From assembly GCA_964538465.1 (NCBI GenBank), contig CAZIGT010000002.1, positions 1 to 44,122 on the forward strand: DNA of 44,122 nt. Reading direction: 5' to 3'. Shown here piece by piece: positions 27,458 to 37,130 of the stretch (within the stretch, counting starts at the first letter, position 1; each line of letters opens with the position of its first letter). The notes beneath the pieces were generated by a model. The model did not search any database and was not told where the DNA came from. It saw only the letters and a list, made by a program, of their open reading frames with translations. This stretch comes from an uncultured Thermoleophilia bacterium (GTDB lineage Bacteria > Actinomycetota > Thermoleophilia > UBA2241). A program made the translations under genes and the position numbers.

Positions 27458-27485
27458 ACAGTACCACAGCCTCCAGAGGCGGCAA
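27458..27485 (-). promoter_or_regulatory. candidate rpsO promoter TTGCCG-16nt-TACTGT (TGG extended -10)
   Basis: Sequence match only, in the 165-nt ribF-rpsO spacer. Confidence 0.3.
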
Positions 27486-27550
27486 ACCGTGTGCCGTGCA
27501 CGGCCTTTCTGGCCGCGCCGGAGGGGCGGGAGCGGCGGGTGACGGCGCGC

Positions 27551-28513
27551 TCAGGAGAGGTCGACCTCGGCGAAGGCGGGATCGGCAAGCGTGCGCGTGA
27601 GAGCGATGTCGGCCTGCATGCGCGTCACCAGCTCGGCGACGTCCGTGAAGCGCCGCTCGTCGCGGAGCTTGTGCAGAAAGTCCACCCGGATGCGCTTGCC
27701 GTAGAGGTTGCCGCTGAAGTCCAGCAGATGGGCCTCGATGCGCACCACGGCTGTCTCGTCCGCCTTGCTACGGAAGGTCGGGTTGTGTCCTACGTTGACG
27801 GCGGCACGGTACCAGCGGCCGTCCACAAGAGCCCGACCCGCGTACACGCCGCGGCCCGGGAAGATGGTACCGGCCTCAACGTCGAGATTGGCCGTGGGAA
27901 CGCCCAGAGTGCGGCCGCGCTGCCACCCCCCCACGACCTTGCCGTGTGTGCTCGGTGGACGTCCCAGGATACTGCGGACCTCTTCGAGGCGGCCCTGCGA
28001 GAGCAGCCGGCGGATGCGGGTAGAGCTGATGGTCTTGGCGTCCTTCAGCTCGAGCGGGACCACCTCGACCGCGAATCCCAGATCGGCGCCAGCGCGCTCG
28101 AGGTCTGCGGGCGTGCCTGCTCCTCCGGCCCCGAACGTGAAGTTCTCCCCGACGACCACGATGCGCGCCGCAAGAGCGTCGGCGAGCACGGTGCGGCTGA
28201 AGTCGTCGGCCGGCATCGACGCCATCTCTATGGTGAAGGGCAGGACTACGACTTCATCGAGCCCCACCTCAGACAGCAGAGCGATCTTGGCGTGGAGGGG
28301 TGTCAGGATGCGAGGCTGTCGCGCAGGGTCTATGACCGCCAGCGGGTGACGGTCGAACGTCAGGGCGCTGGAGCGCAACTCCAGCCTGCGAGCGGCGTCC
28401 AGAGCCGTAGCGATGACGCGCCGGTGGCCGGCGTGGACGCCGTCGAACGTCCCGATGGCCACGGCGCGCGGGGCGGCCGGCAGATCGTGCAGGGACCGGT
28501 AGACGCGGGTCAC
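27551..28513 (-). CDS. ribF: bifunctional riboflavin kinase / FMN adenylyltransferase
   Basis: IGTFDGVHAGH, C-terminal riboflavin kinase domain (PTANL, GVYA); GTG 28513 chosen by N-terminal length; ATG 28555 is the alternative. Confidence 0.87.
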   Translation of the reverse strand: MTRVYRSLHDLPAAPRAVAIGTFDGVHAGHRRVIATALDAARRLELRSSALTFDRHPLAVIDPARQPRILTPLHAKIALLSEVGLDEVVVLPFTIEMASMPADDFSRTVLADALAARIVVVGENFTFGAGGAGTPADLERAGADLGFAVEVVPLELKDAKTISSTRIRRLLSQGRLEEVRSILGRPPSTHGKVVGGWQRGRTLGVPTANLDVEAGTIFPGRGVYAGRALVDGRWYRAAVNVGHNPTFRSKADETAVVRIEAHLLDFSGNLYGKRIRVDFLHKLRDERRFTDVAELVTRMQADIALTRTLADPAFAEVDLS

Positions 28514-28517
28514 AGCG

Positions 28518-29429
28518 CTAGAAAATGACGACCGGCCGCAGGCTGCGACCGTCATCGGCCGGCTCGTACACCGCCACCAGCTCGCCCCGATGCGTGAGGC
28601 AGACGGCTCCTGGGGTGCTCCCGGGCACGCGCACGCCGTTGCGGATGCCCGGGACCTGAGCGCCGGGGATCTCGAGCGACGGCAGGAAGCTCAAGGCACG
28701 CCCTGGCGGCACAAGGCCTGGGATGCCTGCCTCCGGGCCATCCAGGGAGGTGACGGCTTCCTCGAAGGCGGCCAGCGGCTGGGCTCTCTCGACACGCAGG
28801 TCGCCGATGGCCGTGCGGGAGAGGTCATGCAGGTAACCGCCCGCACCCACGGCCTCGCCGATGTCGATGGCGAGCTGGCGCACGTACGTGCCCTTGGAGC
28901 AGGCGATGCGGCAGCGCATCGCCTGGGCGACCTCATCGAAGGAGAGAATCTCGATGGCCGAGATCTCGACCTCCTTGACCGGTGTCTCCACGGTCTCACC
29001 GCGGTGTGCCTTCTTGTAGAGACGCTCGCCGTCCACCTTGACGGCGGAGGTCATGGGGACACGCTGCTGGATGCGGCCCAGGAAGCGCGGCAAGACCGTC
29101 TCCACGGCCTCCGGTGTCGTGCGCGCGCCGGTGAGCTTGAGGGCGCCGGTGAGGTCGCCGGTGTCTGACGTGGTGCCGAACTGGATAGTGCAGACGTATT
29201 CCTTGGGCAGGTCGACGAAGAACCGGGCGATCTTGGTCGCTCTGCCGACCAGGACGATGAGCAGACCGGTGGCGAAGGGGTCCAGCGTACCGGCGTGCCC
29301 CACCTTCTTGACCACAGGCCGAACGTGGCGACGCACGCGGGCGACCACGTCATGGGACGTGAGACCGGTCGGCTTGTCTATGAGGAGGATGCCGTCTACA
29401 GGCGCGCGTCGAGTTCTGTACTGAGCCAT
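28518..29429 (-). CDS. truB: tRNA pseudouridine(55) synthase
   Basis: GILLIDKPTGLTSHDVV, catalytic GHAGTLDP; PUA-like C-terminus. Confidence 0.9.
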   Translation of the reverse strand: MAQYRTRRAPVDGILLIDKPTGLTSHDVVARVRRHVRPVVKKVGHAGTLDPFATGLLIVLVGRATKIARFFVDLPKEYVCTIQFGTTSDTGDLTGALKLTGARTTPEAVETVLPRFLGRIQQRVPMTSAVKVDGERLYKKAHRGETVETPVKEVEISAIEILSFDEVAQAMRCRIACSKGTYVRQLAIDIGEAVGAGGYLHDLSRTAIGDLRVERAQPLAAFEEAVTSLDGPEAGIPGLVPPGRALSFLPSLEIPGAQVPGIRNGVRVPGSTPGAVCLTHRGELVAVYEPADDGRSLRPVVIF

Positions 29430-30352
29430 GCCACCACCTCCTCCGGCGCGTCATCGGTCGAGAATCCTGCCGCCTGCTGGTGCCCACCGCCGCCTCGTGC
29501 TCGGGCAAGGGCGCCGACGTCGAAGCCGGTCGAGCGCATGCTCACCCGCGTGCGGGGGCCGTCGTTCTGCTCGCGCACCAGGGCGGCGACCGCCACGCCG
29601 CGCACGCTGCGCAGGCTGTCGACGACGCCTTCCGTGCCGTCGGAGTCGCCGCGATCGGCGAAGTCGGCGCGCGTGAGCACCGCGATGAGGGCCCTCCCTC
29701 CGGCCGCGGGGCGGGCGTTGCCGACGGCGCGCGCCCACAGGCGCAGGTCGGCGAGGCTGCGATCCTCGAAAAGGGCCCGGTAGATCGGCTCGGGTCGGGC
29801 GCCGGCTTCCACCAGGAGTGCGGCCGCACGGAACGTCTCCGCTCCAGTCGAAGCGTGGCGGAACTGGCCGGTGTCGAAGGCGATGCCGGTGTACAACGCC
29901 GTGGCGGCGCGCGGCGTGGGGGTGAATCCCAGGGTTCCGTAGATGGAGCAGACGATCTCCGAGACGCTGCTCGCCTGTGGCAGCACGACGTTCACCTGCG
30001 CGAAACGCGTGTTGTCGGGGTGGTGGTCGATGTTGACGATTATGCCGCTCCAGCCGCCGATATCGAGAGCGGTGCGTTCGATGCTGCCGGAGTCGAGCAC
30101 GAAAAGGGTATCGCCAGCTTCGGGAGGGCCTTCGATCACAGCACCGTCCGGAAGGAACCAGTCGTGACGGGGCAGCTTCGTACCCGGGCGCACGCGCACG
30201 GTGCCGCGGCCGCCGAGCTGGTCGAGGAGGTCCAGGAGGCCAGCCGCGGCGCCCACGGCGTCAAGGTCCGGGTTCTCGTGTATGGCTACGGTTGCCGCGC
30301 GGGCTTCGCGCAGGGCGGCGCAGGCGGCCGCGATGTCGTCGACGGGCTTCAC
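29396..30352 (-). CDS. DHH/DHHA1 phosphoesterase (NrnA/CnpB-like nanoRNase / pAp or cyclic-dinucleotide phosphodiesterase)
   Basis: DHH motif NIDHHPDN, DHHA1 GGGGHQQAAG; GTG overlaps the rbfA stop (GTGA). Confidence 0.8.
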   Translation of the reverse strand: MKPVDDIAAACAALREARAATVAIHENPDLDAVGAAAGLLDLLDQLGGRGTVRVRPGTKLPRHDWFLPDGAVIEGPPEAGDTLFVLDSGSIERTALDIGGWSGIIVNIDHHPDNTRFAQVNVVLPQASSVSEIVCSIYGTLGFTPTPRAATALYTGIAFDTGQFRHASTGAETFRAAALLVEAGARPEPIYRALFEDRSLADLRLWARAVGNARPAAGGRALIAVLTRADFADRGDSDGTEGVVDSLRSVRGVAVAALVREQNDGPRTRVSMRSTGFDVGALARARGGGGHQQAAGFSTDDAPEEVVAWLSTELDARL

Positions 30353-30825
30353 GACGCCTCGTCCGGGTGCCGTTCGTCGGCGCCGGTCGGTCCATAAGGT
30401 GCCTGCGGGGCAGTCTCCGCCTGCGGCGCGGTAGGCATGCCCTCCGCCAAGGCGGGCTCGTGGGGAGCCTGCGAGCGGGCGGCGATCTCGGCTTCTTCTG
30501 CCTCGAGCAGTTCGTTGATGTGGAGGGCGCGGTCGGGCGTCTCGTCGTAGACGAACTCCAGCCGGGGCGTGCGCTTCATGCGCAGCCGTGAGGCCACTGC
30601 ACTCTGGAGCACGCCGTGGGAAGCCCGGAGGGCGACGAGTGACTCGGACCGATGTGTCTCGTCGCCGAGCACGCTCACGAAGACCTTCGCCGAGCGCAGG
30701 TCAGGCGCCGTCTCGACACCGGTGACGGTGACGAATCCCAGACGTGGGTCCCTCACCTCGGTCTCCACCGCCTGCGAGACGACCTCTCGGATGGCCTCGT
30801 TGACACGACGCAGACGGCGGCTCAT
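30349..30825 (-). CDS. rbfA: ribosome-binding factor A
   Basis: RVNEAIREVVSQAV..DPRLGFVTVTGVE.APDLRSAKVFVS; ATG 30825 with SD AAGGAG; Pro/Ala-rich C-terminal tail. Confidence 0.88.
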   Translation of the reverse strand: MSRRLRRVNEAIREVVSQAVETEVRDPRLGFVTVTGVETAPDLRSAKVFVSVLGDETHRSESLVALRASHGVLQSAVASRLRMKRTPRLEFVYDETPDRALHINELLEAEEAEIAARSQAPHEPALAEGMPTAPQAETAPQAPYGPTGADERHPDEAS

Positions 30826-30860
30826 GCGACGCTCCTTGGACGCTGTGGTGACTTCTGCAC

Positions 30861-31187
30861 TCAGGCCTCGGTATCCCAGAGCGAGTCGACGCTGTCGACG
30901 GAGCGGACGACCGTGCGGCTGACCTCGAAGTCGTTGCGCCCGTGGACGTAGCGCTCGATCTCCGCGAGCTGCTGCTCCGCCTGAGCGAGGGACGACGCGG
31001 CGACCACGATGAGCACCCCGGCGAGTTGCCACACATCCTGGTGCGCGACTTCGCTGAAGGCAGCGCGAAAGCGCTGCTGCACGACGTCGCGCAGCGAGCT
31101 CAACGGGCCGCGCTTCTCCTTGAGCGAACGGTTGGCCGGGAAGTGCAGCTCCACAAGAAGGATCCCAAGCGCGGCCTCAGACCTCAC
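30861..31187 (-). CDS. DUF503 (YlxP-like) protein
   Basis: LLVELHFPANRSLKEKR signature; start set to GTG 31187 (11-nt overlap with infB); start uncertain. Confidence 0.7.
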   Translation of the reverse strand: MRSEAALGILLVELHFPANRSLKEKRGPLSSLRDVVQQRFRAAFSEVAHQDVWQLAGVLIVVAASSLAQAEQQLAEIERYVHGRNDFEVSRTVVRSVDSVDSLWDTEA

Positions 31188-33240
31188 GCGCGATTTCCCG
31201 AGTCTCGTACGCTTCGAACACGTCCCCTTCCTTGAGGTCGTTGAAGCCATCGAGAAGGATGCCGCATTCGAAGCCTTCCTGAACCTCGCGCACGTCCTCC
31301 TGGAAGCGCTTGAGCGAGGCGATGCGACCGTCGTGGACCACGGTACCGTCGCGGATGACGCGGATGTTGGCGTTGCGCGGGATGGACCCGTTCGTGACGT
31401 AGCTGCCAGCGATGGTGCCCACCCGTGAGGCGCGGAAGGTCTGTCTAACCTCGGCGCGACCCACGACCTCTTCCGCGTACTGGGGCTTGAGCATGCCGAC
31501 CAGCGCCGCCCTTACCTCTTCGGTCACCTTGTAGATGACGCGATAGGTCCGGATGTCTATACCCTCTTGCTCCGCCAGGCTGGCTGCGGAGGGGTTCGGA
31601 CGCACGTTGAAGCCGATCACGATGGCCTCGGAGGCGGCGGCGAGCATGACGTCCGATTCGGTGATGGCGCCTACGCCCGAGCGGATGATGCGGATCTTGA
31701 CCTCTTCGTGTGTGATCTGCAGAAGGGCATCCTGGAGGGCCTCCAGGCTGCCCTGCCCGTCTGCCTTGATCACCAGGTTGAGATCCTGGACGCGACCGGC
31801 GGCGATGCGGGCATAGAGGTCGTCGAGTGTGACGGAACGCTGGCGGGCCAGCGCTTCAGCCTTGATGCGATTCGTGCGCCGGCTCGCCATGGCCCGCGCC
31901 GTCTTCTCGTCTTCGACGACCTTGCAGAACTCGCCGGCCTTGGGCAACTGGTCGAAGCCGATGATCTCGACCGGCACCGACGGTCCGGCGGCTTCGAGGG
32001 GGCCGCCGCGGTAGTCGCGCATGGCGCGCACTCGTCCGGCGGCTTCCCCCGCGACGATGCCGTCGCCGACGCGCAGGGTGCCACGAGCGATGAGCATGGT
32101 GGCCACCACGCCTCGTCCGGGATCCACGCGCGACTCGATGATGAAACCGCTGGCTGGAGCGCTCGGGTTGGCCTTCAGGTCTGACACCTCGGCGACCAGA
32201 AGCAGCATCTCCAGGAAGTTGTCGAGGCCAGTACGCTTCTTGGCGCTGACCTCGACGAATACGTTCTCCCCGCCCCATTCCTCTGGGACGATCTCGTACT
32301 CGGTGAGCTGCTGCTTGACCTTGTCCGGATTGGCGTCAGGCTTGTCGATCTTGTTGACGGCGATGACGATGGGCACGCCGGCCGCCTTCGCGTGGTCGAT
32401 GGCCTCCACGGTCTGCGGCATGACTCCGTCGTCGGCCGCCACCACGATGACCGCGATGTCCGTGACCTTCGCGCCGCGAGCACGCATCGCGGTGAAGGCC
32501 TCGTGGCCGGGCGTGTCGACGAAGGTGATCTGCTTGCCGTCGTGGACGACCTGATACGCGCCGATGTGCTGCGTGATGCCACCGGCCTCGCCGGCCGCGA
32601 CCTCCGTCTCGCGCACGGCGTCGAGCAGACTCGTCTTGCCGTGGTCCACGTGACCCATGACGGTGATGACGGGAGCCCGCGGCCGCAGGTCTTCCGGCCG
32701 GTCTTCGGGCTGGGCTTCCTCGCCCTCCTCCTCGTCGGCGGCGTGAGTGATCTCCACTGTGCGCTTGAACTCGTCCGCAAGGATGAGGACGGCTTCATCT
32801 GAGAGCGACTGCGTGATGGTGGCCATCTCGCCGAGGCCCATGAGCGTCTTGATGATGTCGGCGGTGGACACTCCCAGGAGTTGCGACAGATCCTTGACGG
32901 TGGCGCCGGACGGCACCTTGACCTTCTGGCCCGGCGGCGGAGCGACGGGCACCTCTGCCGCATCTGCCTCTCCCCTGTCGCCGCCGTGGCGCCCGCCCTT
33001 GGCGGGTCGGCGCGACGCCTGCGCGTCGATGACCACGCGGCGGCGGCGGCCGCCGCCCGCCCCGCGGGTGGGGCGGCGGTGCGCCGGAGCCGCGTACGCG
33101 CGCTCCACGACAGCGTCGTCGATCGTGTCTTCCGCGTTGCTGGCGGTGATGCCGGCGCGCTTCAGATGGGCCAGCACGTCGTCGACGCTGGTCCCTCGCT
33201 GCCGCGCGATATCGGATACCTTCGTCTTCTTCGCCATCAC
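31177..33240 (-). CDS. infB: translation initiation factor IF-2
   Basis: GHVDHGKTSLLD, DTPGHEAF, NKID; full-length IF-2; GTG 33240 (GTGA overlap with the ylxR stop) or ATG 33237. Confidence 0.95.
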   Translation of the reverse strand: MMAKKTKVSDIARQRGTSVDDVLAHLKRAGITASNAEDTIDDAVVERAYAAPAHRRPTRGAGGGRRRRVVIDAQASRRPAKGGRHGGDRGEADAAEVPVAPPPGQKVKVPSGATVKDLSQLLGVSTADIIKTLMGLGEMATITQSLSDEAVLILADEFKRTVEITHAADEEEGEEAQPEDRPEDLRPRAPVITVMGHVDHGKTSLLDAVRETEVAAGEAGGITQHIGAYQVVHDGKQITFVDTPGHEAFTAMRARGAKVTDIAVIVVAADDGVMPQTVEAIDHAKAAGVPIVIAVNKIDKPDANPDKVKQQLTEYEIVPEEWGGENVFVEVSAKKRTGLDNFLEMLLLVAEVSDLKANPSAPASGFIIESRVDPGRGVVATMLIARGTLRVGDGIVAGEAAGRVRAMRDYRGGPLEAAGPSVPVEIIGFDQLPKAGEFCKVVEDEKTARAMASRRTNRIKAEALARQRSVTLDDLYARIAAGRVQDLNLVIKADGQGSLEALQDALLQITHEEVKIRIIRSGVGAITESDVMLAAASEAIVIGFNVRPNPSAASLAEQEGIDIRTYRVIYKVTEEVRAALVGMLKPQYAEEVVGRAEVRQTFRASRVGTIAGSYVTNGSIPRNANIRVIRDGTVVHDGRIASLKRFQEDVREVQEGFECGILLDGFNDLKEGDVFEAYETREIAREV

Positions 33241-33503
33241 GTCACCGCCTCTCTAGCTCTCAGGGCCCTCTCGAACTCCGAGACGGACCTGTCGTCTATC
33301 TCTACCGCGCGCCGCAGAGTGCGCGCGAACGCTCTGCACTCACCGGCCCGGCGGAAGCAAGCCATGTTCGGGCACAGATACACGCTGCGTCCCGCCGCCG
33401 GCCGGTCGACCACCGTCAGGCGGCCGTTGTCGACCTGACATCGTATCAAGTCGGTCTTCGGCCGACGCCTGCGGCACCCTGCGCAGGTGCGCTCAGGTGT
33501 CAC
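33237..33503 (-). CDS. ylxR: YlxR/DUF448 family RNA-binding protein
   Basis: 88 aa; [18 protein letters not shown] motif; canonical position between nusA and infB. Confidence 0.8.
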   Translation of the reverse strand: MTPERTCAGCRRRRPKTDLIRCQVDNGRLTVVDRPAAGRSVYLCPNMACFRRAGECRAFARTLRRAVEIDDRSVSEFERALRAREAVT

Positions 33504-34758
33504 TCTCGCCGGTCTCCTCTTCGGCGGCGGTCTCCTCCGCGGCCGTCTCGGGCTCGCCGGCCGCTTCCTCCGCGGCGTTCGCCTGCTCCGAGTGGATGCT
33601 GCAGAACCGACCGCCCGGTACCGCCTGGTTCGGGCAACGCTTGCCGCTGGCGGTGATCGCCTGGCACTGGCCGGCGACCCCCTCGCCTTCTTCGATGAAG
33701 TCGAGCGCCTCTTCTTCCTCCGCCATCGCCGTCTGGCTCTTGATGTCTATCCGCCAGCCGCTGAGCTTGCTGGCCAGCTTGGCGTTCATGCCGTCCTTGC
33801 CGATCGCCAGCGACAACTGGTCGTCGGGCACGATGATGGTCGCCTGACGCTCCTCGTCGTCCACGAGCACCTCGCGCACGCGGGCCGGTGAGAGCGCCTT
33901 GGCCACGAAGCGCGCGGGGTCGTCGTGGTACGGGATGATGTCGATGCGCTCGCCGCGGAGTTCGCTGACCACCATGCGCACCCGAGAGCCCCTGGGCCCC
34001 ACGCAGGCGCCCACGGGGTCGACGCCGTCCACGTGCGACACCACGGCGATCTTGCAGCGGAAGCCGGGCTCTCGCGCGACATTGACGATCTCGACGAGGC
34101 CGTCGGCTATCTCTGGCACCTCGAGCTCGAACAGCTTGCGGACGAGTTCGTCGTCGCGCCGGGACAGGATGACCTGTGGCCCCTTGGCAGAGTGCTGCAC
34201 CTTGACGATGACGGCCTTGATGCGAGCGCCGTGGTCGTAGCGCTCGCCTTCGATCTGCTCGCTGCGTGGCAGGAGCGCTTCCACGCGCCCAAGCTCCACA
34301 AGCGTGTAGCGGCTGTCGCTCTGCTGTACCACGCCGGTGACGAGCTCGCCGACGCGATCGACGTACTCCTCGTACATGAGATCACGCTCCGCCTCGCGTA
34401 TGCGCTGCAGGATGACCTGCTTGGCGGTCTGTGCGGCGATCCGGCCGAAGTTGTCCGGCGTGACCTCGATGCGCTCGACCTCGCTCTCGTCGATGCCCGA
34501 GAGGTCGAGCCCTATCTCGTCGCCGTCTTCGTTGATGATGCGAAGTGCCTCGACGTCCACGTGGTCTGGGAAGATGAGCTGGAAGACACGCATCTCCCCC
34601 GTTTCGGGGTCGATCTCGACGGCGGCGTGGTCCACCGCGTCAGGACTCTTCTTGTAGGCCGAGTGAAGAGCGTCCTCGAGCGCGCTGAGCAGAGTGTCGA
34701 AGGAGATCCCCTTCTCCTTCTCGATCAGATGCAACGCCTCGATGATCTCTCTACTCAT
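33493..34758 (-). CDS. nusA: transcription termination/antitermination factor NusA
   Basis: N-terminal domain, S1, KH1/KH2; ATG 34758 with SD GGAGG; unusual C-terminal CCCH motif plus acidic tail. Confidence 0.93.
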   Translation of the reverse strand: MSREIIEALHLIEKEKGISFDTLLSALEDALHSAYKKSPDAVDHAAVEIDPETGEMRVFQLIFPDHVDVEALRIINEDGDEIGLDLSGIDESEVERIEVTPDNFGRIAAQTAKQVILQRIREAERDLMYEEYVDRVGELVTGVVQQSDSRYTLVELGRVEALLPRSEQIEGERYDHGARIKAVIVKVQHSAKGPQVILSRRDDELVRKLFELEVPEIADGLVEIVNVAREPGFRCKIAVVSHVDGVDPVGACVGPRGSRVRMVVSELRGERIDIIPYHDDPARFVAKALSPARVREVLVDDEERQATIIVPDDQLSLAIGKDGMNAKLASKLSGWRIDIKSQTAMAEEEEALDFIEEGEGVAGQCQAITASGKRCPNQAVPGGRFCSIHSEQANAAEEAAGEPETAAEETAAEEETGESDT

Positions 34759-35221
34759 CCTGGCCTCCGTGGCTCTCGAACCTGTGAACAAGGTTGGCCC
34801 TTGCGATGTCTTCGTACCTCAGCGTCACGCTGCCGCCCTCATCGAGGGCCAGCGTGACCTCATCCGCGGTGGCCGCGACGACCGTGCCGCGGTAGCCGGC
34901 CCGACCGTCGATGGGCAAGGCCGTGCGCAGCTTCACCGTCTCTCCGACCACCGCCGCGAAGTGATCGGCACGCCTCAGGCGCCGCTCAAGGCCCGGCGAG
35001 GAGACCTCGAGTGCGTGCCGCTCGCGCAGCTCCTCAAGAGCCGAGCTGACGGCGGCGCACAAGTCGAGATCCACGCCTCCGGGCCGCTGGATGTAGACGG
35101 TCACGCCCGAAGAGCGCCCCCCACGCAGCTCGACGTCATATACCTCGACGCCTGGGAACCGGTCCGCCACGATCCTCGTGACGGCGCGCTCTATCTCTTC
35201 GCGCCGCGCCTCTCCGCTCAT
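34751..35221 (-). CDS. rimP: ribosome maturation factor RimP
   Basis: 156 aa; RimP-like N- and C-terminal domains; canonical position upstream of nusA. Confidence 0.85.
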   Translation of the reverse strand: MSGEARREEIERAVTRIVADRFPGVEVYDVELRGGRSSGVTVYIQRPGGVDLDLCAAVSSALEELRERHALEVSSPGLERRLRRADHFAAVVGETVKLRTALPIDGRAGYRGTVVAATADEVTLALDEGGSVTLRYEDIARANLVHRFESHGGQDE

Positions 35222-35241
35222 CCCTCACACCTGCGTCTCTG

Positions 35242-35271
35242 CAAAACAAAAGTGGGCGCATGCACCCACTT
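35242..35271 (-). terminator. intrinsic terminator in the rimP-nusA-infB leader
   Basis: Minus strand AAGTGGG-TGCATGCG-CCCACTT followed by TTTGTTTTG, ~20 nt upstream of the rimP ATG. Confidence 0.65.
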
Positions 35272-35314
35272 CGCATCAGAGACGGCCTCCCGTGTGCTTG
35301 CTGTAAGTCGAGCT

Positions 35315-35323
35315 AGTATATCA
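35315..35323 (-). promoter_or_regulatory. candidate extended -10 (TGATATACT) for the rimP operon
   Basis: TG-N-TATACT on the minus strand ~45 nt upstream of the leader terminator; weak -35. Confidence 0.35.
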
Positions 35324-35493
35324 CCCCTCCGCATGAGTGCGGCCTCGTGCGGGCCCGAGCTCGCCGCGCGTGCTCCGCGTTCCTTGGCACACCGAATGAG
35401 GGTACACTCATGCCCGGCGTGGGAGCGCAGTGATCCGGGATCCCCGCGCCACGACAAGGCCTCGAGAGCTTGCCGCCGGCATAAGGAGGAAAC

Positions 35494-36054
35494 GTGGTCG
35501 TAGGCATAGTGATCGCCGTAGTGGTGGTGCTGCTCATCATCATCCTCGTGGCGATGTACAACAGTCTGGTCAAGCGCCGCAACGCCGTCGACAACTCGTG
35601 GAGCCAGATCGACGTGCAGCTCAAGCGGCGGCATGATCTCATCCCCAACCTGGTCGAGGCCGTCAAGGACTACATGGCCTACGAGCAGGAGACGCTGAGC
35701 AAGGTCACCGAAGCGCGTGCGGCCGCCGTGGCAGCGGGCGCCCGGGGGCCCGCGCAGGCCGCCCAGGCGGAGAACGCCCTCACCGAGTCGCTGCGGTCCC
35801 TGTTCGCCGTCATGGAGAACTACCCGGATCTCAAGGCGAGCCAGAACGTCATGGCCCTTCAGGAGGAGCTGACCGCCACGGAGAACAAGATCTCGTTCGC
35901 GCGGCAGTTCTACAACGACAGCGTGCTGACGTACAACAACAAGATCCAGACCGTGCCGAACAACATCATCGCCGGCATGTTCAACTTCACCAAGCGCGAC
36001 TACTTCGAGGCCCCTGAGGCCGAGCGCGAGGCGCCCAAGGTCGACCTGAGGTAG
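35494..36054 (+). CDS. lemA: LemA family protein
   Basis: 186 aa; N-terminal TM helix, YNSLVKRRNAVDNSWSQIDVQLKRRHDLIPNLV; GTG with SD AAGGAGGA. Confidence 0.87.
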   Translation: MVVGIVIAVVVVLLIIILVAMYNSLVKRRNAVDNSWSQIDVQLKRRHDLIPNLVEAVKDYMAYEQETLSKVTEARAAAVAAGARGPAQAAQAENALTESLRSLFAVMENYPDLKASQNVMALQEELTATENKISFARQFYNDSVLTYNNKIQTVPNNIIAGMFNFTKRDYFEAPEAEREAPKVDLR

Positions 36055-36065
36055 GCCTCCCCGCC

Positions 36066-37046
36066 ATGGACTTCCGCAAGCAGATCGCGCGCAACAAGCG
36101 CGACTCATGGTTCCTCATGGTCATCATCGTGCTGATCCTGCTGGCGCTGGGCTTCGTCATCGGCACGGCCGTCTACAGCGACTACACCGGCGGTCTCGGC
36201 CTTCTCGGCGTGTTCGGTGTGGTCGCGGTCCTCTGGAGCCTCATCGGCTACTACGGCGGCGCCGGCATGGCTCTGGCGGTGTCCGGCGCCAAGGAAGTCA
36301 CGCACGAGCAGGAGCCGCAGCTCTGGAACGTGGTCGAGGAGATGAGCGTGGCGAGCGGTCTGCCGATGCCGAAGGTGTACGTCATCGAGTCAGACGCGGC
36401 GAATGCCTTTGCCACCGGCCGGGATCCGGACCATGCCGCCGTGGCCGTCACCCGCGGCCTCATGGAGCGGCTCAACCGTGAGGAGTTGCAGGGCGTCATC
36501 GGCCACGAGATGAGCCACGTGCGCAACTACGACATCCGCTTCGCGACGCTCATCGGTATCATGGTCGGGGTGATCGCCCTGGCGGCCGATTTCTTCCTGC
36601 GCTGGGGGTTCTTCTTCGGCGGTGGCCGCAGGCGCGGCGGCAGTGGCGACGCGGGCGCGGCCGGTGCCATCTTCTTCATCATCGCGATCGTCCTGGCGAT
36701 CCTGGCGCCGTTCTTCGCGTACATGGTGCAGTTCGCGATCTCGCGCAAGCGTGAGTACCTGGCGGACGCGTCCGGCGTCGAGCTCACGAGGAACCCCACT
36801 GGGCTCGCTAACGCACTCGAGAAGATCGCCGCCGACCCGGTGCCGCTCAAGACGGCCAACCGGGCCACCGCCCACCTGTTCATAGCGAACCCGCTGCGCA
36901 AGGAGCGGGCGAAGTCTGGGCTCTTCGACACGCATCCGCCCATCCAGGAGCGCATAGCGCGCCTGCGGGCCATGGCGTTCGAGGGGCCGCGCGTGGACTC
37001 TCCCGCGGCCCAGGCATCCCTGGCAGGCGGCGGCACACAGGAGTGA
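36066..37046 (+). CDS. M48 family zinc metallopeptidase (HtpX-like)
   Basis: HEMSHV (HExxH), multiple TM helices, C-terminal THPPIQERI. Confidence 0.87.
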   Translation: MDFRKQIARNKRDSWFLMVIIVLILLALGFVIGTAVYSDYTGGLGLLGVFGVVAVLWSLIGYYGGAGMALAVSGAKEVTHEQEPQLWNVVEEMSVASGLPMPKVYVIESDAANAFATGRDPDHAAVAVTRGLMERLNREELQGVIGHEMSHVRNYDIRFATLIGIMVGVIALAADFFLRWGFFFGGGRRRGGSGDAGAAGAIFFIIAIVLAILAPFFAYMVQFAISRKREYLADASGVELTRNPTGLANALEKIAADPVPLKTANRATAHLFIANPLRKERAKSGLFDTHPPIQERIARLRAMAFEGPRVDSPAAQASLAGGGTQE

Positions 37047-37130
37047 GCTGACGGGCGGCCGGTGCGCGAGGCGTGTGTGTCGGAGTGGCGCACGCTGAGT
37101 GCAGCGGTCGGACGCCGGGTGTCGCCGCCG

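Noticed and set aside
35396-35411. Inverted repeat ATGAG-N6-CTCAT upstream of lemA as an HspR HAIR or CIRCE heat-shock operator.
   Set aside because: The half-site spacing and the left arm do not fit HAIR (CTTGAGT-N7-ACTCAAG) or CIRCE. I kept it only as a remark.
35437-35444. 8-bp palindrome GGGATCCC in the rimP/lemA divergent region.
   Set aside because: It is short and GC-rich, so it is expected by chance. There is no flanking symmetry.
37047-37130. Bidirectional terminator between the convergent htpX-like and TPR genes.
   Set aside because: There are only weak stems (a 6-bp GTGCGC/GCGCAC with a 20-nt loop) and no U tracts on either strand.
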